Below, in pieces: positions 50,421 to 63,669 of a DNA stretch of 64,000 nucleotides; positions within the stretch are counted from its first letter, which is position 1; each line of letters opens with the position of its first letter. The notes below the pieces were generated by a model. That model did not search any database. It worked only from the letters and a program-made list of their open reading frames with translations, and was not told the DNA's origin. The stretch covers positions 9,176,001 to 9,240,000 of the forward strand of contig NC_043014.1 of NCBI RefSeq assembly GCF_006345805.1, in the 5' to 3' direction. The DNA is from Octopus sinensis. Taxonomy: Eukaryota. The position numbers and the translations under genes are program-made.

Positions 50421-53400
50421 AATAAGAAATGAGCAGAAATTTTACCGGTGAGTGTGTTAAATTATAAGGCACAAAAAGAAAATGACTCTCCCCAGACACA
50501 ACAGTATATGCTTCAACACACGAATTCACATAAAGAATCTTCCAAACTAAATCCAAAAACGTAAAATAACGAGTAATGTCATCTACATAAGAGTGGAAAA
50601 TCTTTGGTCTTGAAGGCAATTAAATTCCTGGTGTGTTGGAGGTGTATGTCCGGACGCTGGAGGTGATAGACTGAAAAAGAGCTCCGAGTAATTATGGGGT
50701 ATTAATTCTATAGGAATGTGCCCGAAAGTAATTGATGGGAGTCGAACATGGATTATCAGCAAGCGATTTTGATTGGTGATTCACATATTAGGTACGCTTG
50801 AAGCTCTGCTAATGTTCAGCTGACATCATTACTTTCAATATAATTCTTCAATACATAGCTCACCGGTATGTGATAAGATAGGATCAGTAACCATTCTTGT
50901 TTTATTCAGTATCTCTTCTGCATTATTAACATTTTCGACCTAATTAGGTAGATCTGCTGCTTTAAGCTGACTGTAATCATGTTTCTTATCTCTTTTTATT
51001 ACAGTCTTCCTATGAAATTACATTTCGCAACCCATATTCAGATAGCTCACACCGAACCAGTTCCTATCAGCTCTGCTATACGCCAATGCTCGCTTATATC
51101 TCTCACATTCCGTTTCCTAAGCATTAACTGCATATATTTAATGTCTATTAATAACACATTCAATGCAGGTGATACGATCTTTCAATACATCTTAATCGTT
51201 TGTGCAATAGCAGCAGAAACACATTAGGACAGACACACATTAACTAGATAAAAAGAAACACAGTATCATTCTGCCGTGTGTACATGACAATTGTGAAATA
51301 TCTAAACAGCGCAAATACAGAACAATTGCTGAGATAATAAAAAGATAACAAAGTATCCAACGGTATCTATTTATAACACTATACAATACAATAACAGCTG
51401 GTTTTTACAAGCGCTAGTCTCACGAAGAGAGCTAACGATGAGCTCAGATGTAGGGAATTCACTGAATTGCATCGGAACTGCTAGAAGTGTTTCACGGGGT
51501 TAGAATATAATGTATAGAAAATCAAAGAGACATCTACATTCTGAAACCAGAATTTGAATGACGTATTTCTACGTACACAGATAATAGACAAATCAACAGG
51601 TTTGTCAAATATTCTTTCACGACCACGCAAATAGCACATATATCGCATCAACTTAATGAAATATCACCAAGGGTTATTCGAAACGCACCATTTTCCTGAC
51701 TAGCTCAGGTAATATATTTACTTATGACGAGACAAGATCATTAAGGGTTGGTTTTCCTAGAGTATAGTGTCGGGCCTTTTCTGTTTATTATGTGTATAAA
51801 CATTATTAGAAATGTCATCAAACTGCATAAAATAAATTTACAGGTGACTCTAATCTCCGGATTATGTGACTGAACAGAACTCCGATTTGGTTGGATGTGC
51901 AAAAGGAAAACGTGCTGCTAAATGAGGAAAAACTTGAGTTCAACTGTTTTTTAAAAGAGAATATTACCTAAACACCCATATTCTGTTTTCTCAGAATTTC
52001 TCGCCGCACCGAATTATAGCTAAAGACATGGATGAACATCAACTTATAATAGAGCAAGTTGATATGACCGAAGAATGTCCTCAGGGATAATTCAAACTCA
52101 GGAGTTTGCATTATCTCTGAATACATTCTGCTAAAATCCTTCTCTTGTTTTGCCAGATTCCATCTTGGATATTGCTTCCCAGTGTGGTCTTCAGACACAA
52201 TATAAAAATTGCGGCATCCCAGAGATAAATCCCAATAAATGGATTGCAGGCCTTTATTATTAGGATCGCCTCAAAAGCCCCAAAATGTACCTCTCCAACG
52301 CTGCAATGAGCACAATATCATTCGTAAACCGTCGACATTATTCCGTCAACACAGTTTTGAATTTACCTATAACAAGTTCAGAAGTACCTCAAGGTAACGC
52401 CTATGCCATTTCTTTAAACACAGAGCTGAGATTATATACCAGCATTTCAAACTTCTTTTTGCCACAACTGGTCTTGCTTCAGTAAACACTACCCTGAAAA
52501 TAAAAAAAATGAAGTTAGCACTCGTAATATTATATAGGGAATTAGAAAAGTTCCTCCGGATAAATTTCGGCAAACAACTCCCTACTCGACGTACTGCTGC
52601 AGTTTTCAATATTTGTTATCGAATATAGATAATTTGCTTTGAATGCTTGAAATTTGATAAGGAAAATAGTCCACAGATTCTATAAGGAATGAGAGTGTTA
52701 TTCAGTGGGGAAGCTGATTCTGGTTATTTACACTCACGAGGATTGAGTGCAAAACGCTAGTTTATGTTGCAGAAATTGAAAAGCAATTGAGGAGTTAGAT
52801 CTATTGAAATGAATTTGGAAACTGCATTTCGGTAATAGTAAGCAGGATGGAGAATTGAGTTTGACATGTTGAAAACAAATAAGACAGGGAGGGAGAGAAA
52901 AAGAGAAAAAGGGATAGAGAAACAGTGAGCGAGAGAGGAGGGAGTTTCAGGGATAGGGAGACAGATAGAGAGATAGAGAAATAGAGAATGTTTGCGTGTG
53001 AAAGAGTGACGGAGAGATAGAGTCGAAAGATAAAGCTGATTATAATAGCATATGAGTTTCCCTTTTTTCTCTTTTTTAAAATTCGATTCAATTCTTCGTA
53101 TGTGCTCTACGAAATTACATACTCGAAATAAACCATAAAGTCTTCATCGATTTTCGTGAAAGTATCTATAACCATAATGTAACATTTAAAAAATATTTTA
53201 CTTTCAATGAAACTAAAATGTAACTGAAACGAATACAGAGCTTATCCAAATGCTTATTTCAAAAGTATTTATCATTTTTTACGAGGCATTGCTTTGAATA
53301 CATACTGGTTATACAAACACGTGATACTGCTCCGATTATTTTCTATTCTCCACCTCAATAGGAACGCTGCTGGATGAAAGGAATAATCGAAGTGCAGTTT

Positions 53401-53461
53401 GAGGGGAAGATTAAATTCTGGCGTCAAATTCGTAGTGAAAAATTTGTTACAAGAGGGTAAT

Positions 53462-53883
53462 ATTGGTTTCAGATATTGACACAAAGCCAGCAATATCTGG
53501 GGAGGGAGTGAGTTATTCACGTCGACTGATACTTATAGTATCGGCCCCCGAAAGGATGAAAGGCGAAGTTGACATCATTGAAATTAGAACTCAGAACGTA
53601 AAGACAAGCGAAATACCGCTAAGCATTTTGACAGGCATGGTATCGATACCTATTTCTTTACTATCCACAAGGGGCTAAACACAGAGAGGGTAAACAAGGA
53701 CAGACAAATGGATTAAGTCGATTATATCGACCCCAGTGCGTAACTGGTACTTATTTAATCAACACAGAAAGGATGAAAGGCAAAGTCGACCTCGGCGGAA
53801 TTTGAACTCAGAACGTAACGGCAGACGAAATACCGCTACGCATTTCGCCCGGCGTGCTAACGATTCTGCCAACTCACCGCCTA
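53462..53883 (-). mobile_element. SINE B pair (one old, one young unit)
   Basis: Young unit about 53648-53883 matches the B consensus closely. Confidence 0.88.
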
Positions 53884-53957
53884 ACTAGAGGTAAATATTG
53901 ACGGTAAAATATCTTCAATGGTTGAAGGTCAGTTATGTTTATAGCAGAAAAGATATA

Positions 53958-54348
53958 GTGGAGGCGCAATGGCCCAGTGGTTAGGGCAGCGGACTCGCGG
54001 TCATAAGATCGCGGTTTCGATTCCCAGACCGGGCGTTGTGAGTGTTTATTGAGCGAAAACACCTTAAAGCTCCACGAGGCTCCGGCAGGGGATGGTGGTG
54101 ATCCCTGCTGTACTCTTTCACCACAACTTCCTCTCTCTCTCTTACTTCCTGTTTCTGTTGTACCTGTATTTCAAAGGGCCGGCCTTGTCACTCTCTGTGT
54201 CACGCTGAATATCCCCGAGAACTACGTTAAGGGTGCACGTGTCTGTGGAGTGCTCAGCCCCTTACACGTTAATTTTACGAGCAGGCTGTTCCGTTGATTC
54301 GGATCAACCGGAACCCTCATCGTCGTAACCGACGGAGTGCTTCCATCC
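53958..54348 (+). mobile_element. SINE family C (H1, tail X)
   Basis: Full length; 12-bp TSD agaa(a/g)agatata (53946-53957 / 54349-54360). Confidence 0.93.
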
Positions 54349-55754
54349 AGAAGAGATATAAATATATGACAGATAAAGCAACTGACAAAGCATTTAAAAT
54401 AAGATCTAACAGTGTTTCAGAATATCGAAAATTTACTAAGAGTAAAAAAAAAAAAAAAGAACTGAAGTATCATGCCATCTTAGAGTATAATACTAGCATG
54501 AAATCGATTTTTTAAACTATCGATTATAGGTATTAATTGTTCATTTAAAAGCAGAATTACGTTCTCGTTATCTTTAGGCACCCCAGGGAGAAAACGAAAT
54601 TGGGAAGAGATATTTAAAATGTTAAAATAATGGAACTGAATACCGCTATTTATAACTTACTCCTATGGAAACACTAAAGACATTATCGAAATTTTTAAGG
54701 ACGCTTTCTAATAGTATTTTATTGAATTTATGAAAATTTTGAGTCAAAATTATCCGGGAAATATTGGTATTTTGAGTTAGAATTTTTATATTTTCTGTAA
54801 AAAAACTTTTTGCTTGTATTTTGGTGTTTCTGTTTATTTCTTCCGTTCCACATTTGTGATAGCGGGGAAATTGGTGATTTAGTTCGGAAATAGACTGGCG
54901 GAAACGGCAAAACAAACCGTAGTGGTAGATTGTGGATAGGTGACTAAATTAGAATGGATATCATTTTGAAACATCTAGCGAGAGTAAAAATCAATTTGAG
55001 GGAGAAATAATACGTAAATTACAGGCGATTAGGAAAGCCATCGTGACAAGCGTGTTATTGATGATAAAGGTTTTGAACAATTTGATGAACGACAACCACG
55101 ACGATTGTAATTTCAGAGCTAAGCTACGTGCTCTAAGAAGTGAAGGCCGGTTAGGTCTGAGTCCCGGAGGCAAGAGGTGGTAGTGAATCTTTTGTTTGTG
55201 TGTCAATCGGTTTATATGTACGTGTGCAACTCGATTCAACGCAAAGCTGGATTGGAATCAGTTGTGGATTATAATGCCTATATAGAGAAACCGTTGCAGC
55301 TTTCGGTAGGATATGTTTAATGCATCAAAACTATCATTAATGGCAGCTGAGATACAAAGGGTCATAAATTATATGGATGAGCTTCTCCACAAACTTTACA
55401 AATATATGGCACACATTGTCACTGGCACCACGGCTGACGACTTGCAGTTTTACTGTACATGTGAGGAGAGAATATACCAGCGGCAGAGAGCCAGGGCTTC
55501 AGTATGTCCTGGCAACCTGATCATTTCAAATGGCCCTTCAATTATGTACGAAATTTTCCTGGCTTTAAGTAAAAGGAAATGCATGACGGTCAGTTAATTA
55601 TGATTTTATTCAACATAGTCGACTCTCAGATTCGCACACCTATTATTACATTCCTTCAGAGTTTGTAAGCCCTGTTAAAGACCTCAGATTGTTGGGCGTC
55701 TAAACAAGTTTTTCGTGATACTCTTAAATCCAAGAAATTTTCAGCAACAACTTC

Positions 55755-55804
<50 letters not shown>

Positions 55805-56479
55805 TGTGTGTGTTTGTGTGTCATTGAAATAATGTAGTCAAGAAAGTGTGCGTTCAGACAGTTATTTTTTAATCGTTACATTTAGTTAGAAGCAACGTAG
55901 TTCTCCAAAAATGCACGTACTTGATTATGCAACTGTGTCTCTGCATAATGATATTTATTTGTGTTTCCTCAGGTGATATGTACATGTTCCCGTTAGTTTA
56001 AATTTGTCGACTTCAAGGCCATCCACTCAGTCCATCGTAGTGTGGATTTAGTGGAAGACACTGATTTTATTATGGTGTGTGCAAGGGGAGTACATTTGGT
56101 GGACTGCATTGAATGTTTGTAACTAGTAAATCTCGAATGGCGTTTGGAAGGGATTGGCATCTCATTTGGTTGCATTACTGACTTCTGACCAAACGTTCTC
56201 CATGTTGACTCCAATATCTTCAATTTTACATGCACACACGACGAATGCCAAAACGCATACCTAATGTATGATAAAATTTTTTTCGCCAAAAATTTTTTTA
56301 TCAATGGCCAGCATAACAAAAAATACCTTTAAAGTTTAAATTTATAAATAATTTACAAAATAAGTGCAAAAGAAAAATTCTAATGCCAAATATGCCGAAA
56401 AAAAGACAAAAATTGTCAATAACTATTATAATGTATGCGTCTCAAAACAAACCGATAGAAATTTCTAAAAAATTCGTTA

Positions 56480-56540
56480 TTACCGTATTGGTCCAATTTC
56501 GGGGTTAATTCATAAGAAATTTTCCCCTCTTCAGCGGCAA
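56480..56540 (-). ncRNA. Type I hammerhead ribozyme fold (locus 2, inverted copy)
   Basis: Minus strand ttgccg-CTGAAGA-gggg..cccc-GAAA-ttgg-a-ccaa-TA-cggtaa. Confidence 0.85.
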
Positions 56541-56842
56541 ATACGCGAGATAAAAGTGAAATTATTAATAAATTTAACCTTTAAAAGTATATTTTGATAT
56601 GCTGGCCATTGATAAAAATTTTTTTCCCGAAAAAATTTTATCCTACATTTGTTATAAATTTAATAGTGTTCACTTCCGGATTCTCTCACTCTGTGCAAGT
56701 TTCTAGTTCGAATCACACGTGTCTCGAGATGTGCCGAAGACTTTTCTATTTTGGATATATTTGGGGTACTTAGGTCGGCTCAGGACTTGGTGCTTGCTTT
56801 TTCCATGGGTATGAGTAAGTATTTCACTTATATCTCGCGTAT

Positions 56843-56903
56843 TTGCCGCTGACGAGGGGAAATTTTTTTATGAATTAACCCCGAAATTGGACCAATACGG
56901 TAA
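56843..56903 (+). ncRNA. Type I hammerhead ribozyme fold (locus 2, forward copy)
   Basis: Stem I ttgccg/cggtaa, core CTGACGA 56849-56855, stem II gggg/cccc, GAAA 56883-56886, stem III attgg/ccaat, predicted cleavage after A56897. Confidence 0.87.
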
Positions 56904-57028
56904 TATCGATTTTTTTTAGAAACTTCTATCAGTTTGTTTTGAGACGCATAAATTATAATGGTTATTGACAATTTTTGTCTTTTTTTCGGCATAATTGGCA
57001 TTAAAATTTCTCTTTTGCCCTTATCTTG

Positions 57029-57088
<60 letters not shown>

Positions 57089-57097
57089 TTATATATA

Positions 57098-57248
57098 CCA
57101 GTCGCAATGATAGATCATTAGCCACTACACACATTTTTTCTCTCCTTGTTTCTCTCCTTGCTTTTTCTGTGTCCCTTTCTGTAGAAGAGCGTATGCTCGA
57201 AACGTAAAAAGACTTTTTCTATTCCTGAGCGATATACTAATATATCTG
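57098..57248 (+). mobile_element. Penelope-like LTR-type fragment with minimal hammerhead-like motif (copy 4)
   Basis: ctttctgtagaagagcgtatgctcgaaacgtaaaaagac at about 57175-57213. Confidence 0.6.
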
Positions 57249-57314
<66 letters not shown>

Positions 57315-57479
57315 ATATAGTTAAAAGGGCTGAATGCGAATTCTTGCTTTAATTGGAATATTTTCCTAAAGATTTCTAACGTTGATTCTTCATACTTTAC
57401 TTTTAATTTTAATTTAGAGTAGATGTGAAATGTTATATAAGTATATGATTTAACTTATAAAACAAATGTTCTAGAAATT

Positions 57480-58053
57480 CAATCATATTTTTCGTAAATG
57501 GAAGAGATTAGATTTTAATATAGATTGAAATTATTTTAATTCATGTAGCTCTACGATCGTTTCGTACAGAAAGACAATAAATTCATATTTATAATTGTAT
57601 TTACACATTTTTTTGAAACTAATATCTAAGCCGTATGGATTATTGACGGTTAAATATAAATTTTTGTACCCAGTATTTAAAATTTCATACTCCCTTCTTT
57701 GGTTAGTCTTTTTCTGTTAAATACAAACCCCACCAGGCTTTTTACTTCATATATAGGAGTTTAAATTTTTACTCCTTTATACTAATCTATAGAGAGAATG
57801 TAACCCTTATTTACTTTTTATATATATCAACACCTTACTGAGACCCTTTTGTCTTGTTTTATTTAGACATGACTCTAAGAACAACTACACAATACAAACA
57901 CCATACTAATGTCGTTTTAGCTTTTATTTCTTTCCTGAATTTTTGCTGCTGAATTTATTGCCGTTCTGTACGAAACGATCATATATCTACATGAATAAAA
58001 ATAACTTCAACCCATATTAACATCTAATCTCCTCCATTTTCGAAAAACGATTG
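57480..58053. repeat. Diverged ~105-bp inverted repeats about 365 bp apart
   Basis: 57480-57585 versus the reverse complement of 57950-58053, sharing atgtag..atcgtttcgtacagaa. Confidence 0.75.
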
Positions 58054-58122
58054 TATTCGCTGAACTTTGTCTTATATGTTAAACAATACACTTAAAATAA
58101 TATAATATGATATAATATATAC

Positions 58123-58153
<31 letters not shown>

Positions 58154-58178
58154 TGTATGTATGTATGTATGTATGTAC

Positions 58179-58212
<34 letters not shown>

Positions 58213-58406
58213 GCATGTATGTGTGAATATGTGTATATGTATGCATTATTGCTTAATGACAGACGGATGAGAAAGTAGAGGCCAGTACATGATTTAGAGG
58301 TTATAGTCTACTTGTATAATATAACTGAAGCTGAAGTCTTGTCACACAGTACGTGTTTTAATAAAAACAATCTAAATATTTATATATAACTGTCTGCTTG
58401 CACTAA

Positions 58407-58463
<57 letters not shown>

Positions 58464-60313
58464 GGTACACAGTCATATATGAATATATTTACTTATATTG
58501 CATAATCTTTCCGAAGTTATATAACATATCTCCATGTATTCATATATAGTTTTAAATGTCGTTGCTACATCACTCATTTTATGTAAACATGAATGTACAA
58601 AACCATATATCTTAGTAACTCTCTCATATATAATACGTTGTTTCATGTTTATGTATCAACAAGATTTGTTCGGAAAATAAAATAAAAGATTATTGATATG
58701 CTTAGCATTGTAAGATGTGAACGATCTCTCGAGACAGTCGTTCTTACATTTTGTATAGCCATGTTGTCACCATTTTCCAATATGCATTTCTTAAAACGGA
58801 GAAGAATGAATTAATATGTGGTTTCATAATAATGCGGTCGATATATTATCAAAGTCATAGTGAGGAAAATAGGTCTTAAAAAGTTTATACAAACTGTGTG
58901 GTGTTTGTGAATTGAGGAAATTAATATCAATTCATGGATTAGCGTTTTGGACAGGATTCCTATTTAGTTTCTTAATAGCATATGTTGAAATAAGATTGAA
59001 GGCTAGTGTTACGAAACATGGTTGAAAAAATTCTGATGGCTTGAAGACAATTTAAGAATTTATCTCGCCACTTGGAAGAGCTAATGTTACACACTTTTGT
59101 GAATGATCGTATTGTCAGTTCTATAATGTATGTATATAGAAATGCATTTATCTATCTACCTAGTTAAACTCAGACATACTCATTTATACACAAATACTCA
59201 CAGCAAGTATAAACCACCATTCGTAAGAATAGATTAATACACGCATACAGACACACATATATACATATATACACAAAATACTCACATGATTTGTACATAT
59301 ATTCTTTTAGTCATGAAAGACTTGGAGATGATGCATTATTCATCGCTGAATTTATCTGAACTTCGGCATGAAAATCGGTGGAACGTTTGTCTCAACGGTG
59401 TTCAGATTTGTGCTTACATTTTAGAATCCTTTTTATTACATGCATAATTTATAAGATTTTGTTTACGCATGTGAAAGACATTTTATTAGCAACATATTTT
59501 TGCTTGGATAAAAGAAAGGAAAAATCCGTTGCAAAAATAAAAGATCAAATTATTTAGAAACAAAACACCATAACTCATGCCCCGGGGCGACAAAGGAAAA
59601 GAGGTGTGTGTGCGTTGTATTATGCAGCAGAAGAATGCGCGTTTGAGTGTAACGTGTCGTATGCCCCTGAACAAATGGCGTTTTTAGCCGCGCCTGGCAG
59701 ACATGATTCCAAATACGTCACCGCGGAGAATGGCCAGCGTTAAGAGAACAGTCAGCTTTTACCGATTTACCGCAGACTCAATCGATCCGTCTAGAAGATA
59801 ATGAAAGAAAGCGATTTTACAGAAAGTAATTTTAACTGTATATTTCAATGTCTAGAAACCAAATGCAATTTCTAACACAATGTTTTGATGCTGGAATCAT
59901 ACATAAACCCCAGGCATTTCACAAGGAACATCACGATTTGATAGGTGATTGGTCAGAATACAGTTTGCAAAACCTAGCAATCTGGAGCCTACACAGCTGT
60001 ATTTAAGGGACAGATTCAATCATCTCGCTACAGTCAAAAATTGTGAAGCATGACTGTCACCACTACTACATGAACCTGAAGATTGCAGAATTTAATGCAT
60101 GAAAGTACTAGTTCAATCAGAAAGAACATTTAACATTCTATTATTTTATTTTATCGTATTATATTATATTATATTATATTATATTATATCATTATAAGAT
60201 TGTAAATAAAACGTGAAAATAAAACGTGAAAATCAGACAAGGTTGGAATTCCTTTTATTAATATATTCTTCTATACACAATCACACACACGTATATATAT
60301 CTATATATATATC

Positions 60314-60345
<32 letters not shown>

Positions 60346-60374
60346 TGTACGTATGTATGTATGTGTATAATTTT

Positions 60375-60579
60375 GTGTGTCTGTGTTTGTCCTCCCAACA
60401 TCGTTTGACAACCAATGCAGGTGTGTTTACGTCCCCGTAACTTAGCTGTTCGGCAAATAAGACCGATAGAATAAGTAGTAGGCTTACAATGAATAATTCC
60501 TAGGGTCCATTTGCTCGACTATAGGCAGTACTCCAGCATTGCCACAGTCAAATGACTGAAACGAGTAAAAGAGTAAAAG
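60375..60579 (+). mobile_element. SINE family A, 3' half
   Basis: tttgtcctcccaacatcg..gaccgatagaataagt..gtcaaatgactgaaac. Confidence 0.85.
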
Positions 60580-60851
60580 TGTATATATATATACGCGTGT
60601 GGGCGTATATATATATATATTTCTTTACTATATATATATATATGTATACACACGAGTGAGTGGGCAAAGGAAAGAAGGTCACTCAACAGATGTATTGGCT
60701 GTTACATGTATGGATCAAAACAGTTTGATTATAATTCGTTGCAACTCTTGAGTTTCAAGCGCGATTGTAGTTTTCAGCCATTTTGAATTTCAATTCAAAA
60801 TAGTTGACGAACATTGCTACGCTTGAAACGCATGAGTACCAACGAAATTCA

Positions 60852-60885
<34 letters not shown>

Positions 60886-60981
60886 ATATGTATATATGTG
60901 TATATGTATATATGTATATATGTATATATATATATCTGTATATATGTATATATGTATATATGTATATATAAAGGGATAAAG

Positions 60982-61137
60982 ACCCCCTTCGGTCATGAAT
61001 GACCATGGGTTTGCACCTAGAAAGTTACCCTCCTAGACACAAGTCCGGGCAAAGTTGTTTTTTTTTATGGAAGACCAGCAGTCGCCGATGCATACCAGCC
61101 TCCCCTCTCCACGCCACCAGTGTTATCCAAGGGAAAG
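60982..61137 (-). mobile_element. SINE tail Z fragment
   Basis: Reverse complement of about 27870-28020. Confidence 0.75.
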
Positions 61138-61563
61138 AAGGTAAATTCTAATTGAAGAAATTGTGTGAGGAATAAATGCTTATGTATTTATTTGTTTCTG
61201 TTTGCTGTGTTTTTTTATTTTTTGAGTAGTGGTTTAAATACTTTCAGTTTAGACTTCCTCAAATCACTCTGTCGCTATTTACTTTCATTTTATTCGTTGC
61301 CCACTGTGTGTGTGCGTTTGCGTGTGGTGTAAACCAGACTAAGAAAAGCATTTGACACACACACCAGAATGTGAGTTTTCTGTAAATTTTGCTTAATTGG
61401 AGTTTAAATTTAAAAAACTGGACCTGGTATGACGCGATGCATTGTACTGTTCAAAATGCTTGGTAAATTGTAATTGAAGAAATCCTATATTGTAGATTTG
61501 TATAACTCCCAAAAGGAGGCAGATAAAATCTGCCTTTTATAATAAGAGATATATATGTATATA

Positions 61564-61599
<36 letters not shown>

Positions 61600-61637
61600 T
61601 AGATATAGATATGTATTTATGTATATATGTATATATG

Positions 61638-61675
<38 letters not shown>

Positions 61676-61715
61676 TATATTTGTACACATATATATATGT
61701 ATATATGTATATATG

Positions 61716-61768
<53 letters not shown>

Positions 61769-61885
61769 ACAATCAGGAACGGCCATAATAGGCCATCACC
61801 CACTAGAAATAACAGCCAAAGCTTCAACCGCAAATAAAAGTCAATTCCGTAAACAGGAGAAAATTTAAAAAACATTTACCCTGTA

Positions 61886-61997
61886 ATTTCTTATACGATG
61901 CACCGTTTCGTCTGCTGTTTAATGGTAAACTAACCTGATTAAATTAAATTAAATCAAGCCAATCTTCCATAGGCCCTCAGATTCTTCAGTAAGAAAT
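61886..61997 (-). ncRNA. Type I hammerhead-like fold with extended stem II
   Basis: Minus strand atttctta-CTGAAGA-atctg..cagac-GAAA-cgg-tgca-tcg-TA-taagaaat; 8-bp stem I; A.C mismatch at the base of stem II. Confidence 0.7.
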
Positions 61998-62049
61998 AGC
62001 CACAAGTCGGAACAGATATTTACACGAGGCATTTCCTATATTGATTAAG

Positions 62050-62113
<64 letters not shown>

Positions 62114-62115
62114 AT

Positions 62116-62242
<127 letters not shown>

Positions 62243-62528
62243 CATAGATAGATACATAGATAGAAAGATAGATTCAAATGTAGGAATTTTGTAAGCTTCA
62301 AGCAGTCCATTGACAGTATAGAAAATGAAAAGTGGACCTTCATAGATCAGGAATGATAACAATTTATTTTGAGTCGATCGTTACATAACTTTCCCCATAC
62401 AGTAGTTATGAAGTTGACCACCATCGTTGAGTAAACATTACCTTAGAGAACCACCTAGCTAAGAAACCGATATTGCCTCAGATTTGACCCGTTCCACATC
62501 TACAATTTGGATATATATATACACACCT

Positions 62529-62826
62529 GTGGAGGCGCAATGGCCTAGTGGTTAGGGCAGCCGACTCGCGGTCGCAGGATCGCGGTTTCGATTCCCAGAC
62601 CGGGCGTTGTGTGTGTTTATTGAGCGAAAAGACCTAAAAGCCCAACGAGGCTTCGGCAGGGGGTGGTGGCGATCCCTGCTGTACTCTTTCACCACTCTTT
62701 CTTCTGTTGGCCTGCTCGCTTAGCCAGCGGGGTGGCGTCATTCGAAGGCTAAAACAATGCGAACGCATTGTGACCAGCGATGTGTGTAACAACATCTGAT
62801 GGTCTGGTCGGTCACGTGATCACGTG
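62529..62826 (+). mobile_element. SINE C head H1 joined to tail Y
   Basis: H1 head and middle to ctttcaccac, then a different 3' end finishing (cacgtgat)2; 12-bp TSD atatacacacct (62517-62528 / 62827-62838). Confidence 0.9.
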
Positions 62827-63149
62827 ATATACACACCTATACACACACAAACGTTGTGATTGATTCATAACTAAGGTAATTCGGACTAATAACCCGGGCC
62901 AGATTTGCCTTTGATCGATCGCTCAAGACGTCTGTAGGTCTGTACACAATGACAGATAACAAAGACAACGATATTGCTAATAATGTTTTCTCGTTATTAG
63001 ATGCGTCTTTGTTGTCCGCCGAGTAATTTCGTCGATGTCAAATAACGACTTTCTTTGACGTCAATAAAATGTTGAACTGTTCATTATGGCACACAAATGT
63101 TTATTTCGATGTTATGTGATTTGTTGCAGCACAGAAGTCAGAAATGTAA

Positions 63150-63231
<82 letters not shown>

Positions 63232-63313
63232 CACACGAACATAGATGCACAAGTATATACATAAAATATATTATATATATAATATATTATATTATACACA
63301 CACACACACACAC

Positions 63314-63368
<55 letters not shown>

Positions 63369-63669
63369 ATATATATAATATACATATTATATATAATCTA
63401 TATGTATATATATATATATATATATTATATATTATATATATAATATATAATATAATATATTTATGTATGTATGTATGTGTATGTATGTATATGTGTATAT
63501 ATGGATGTATGTATATGCGTATGTACGTATGTGTGTGTGTTTTTGTGTTTCCATGTATACATAAATTCCATGTGTGTATATGTATGCTTGTATATAAAGG
63601 CTGCGATGGGTAAATTGTCGTAATTTTGTGTTTATATTTTGTTGTTGATTTTGATAAATATCAAACATC

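Larger units (their letters stand above)
56270..57037. mobile_element. Hammerhead-bearing non-coding retroelement, locus 2 (one ~470-bp monomer plus inverted copy spanning the monomer junction)
   Basis: 56270-56562 is an imperfect reverse complement of 56821-57037 continued into 56568-56642; homologous to locus 1. Confidence 0.88.

Noticed and set aside
50560-52420. Protein-like frames interrupted mainly by TAG/TAA, suggesting a pseudogene or stop-to-Gln recoding (also 7280-7680 and 35760-35960)
   Set aside because: Stop density is about what AT-rich random sequence gives, no motif was recognised, and the frames were chosen by eye.
54950-55190. ~77-codon stop-free plus frame overlapping an 82-aa minus ORF
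   Set aside because: No convincing splice sites or recognisable domain; within chance expectation.
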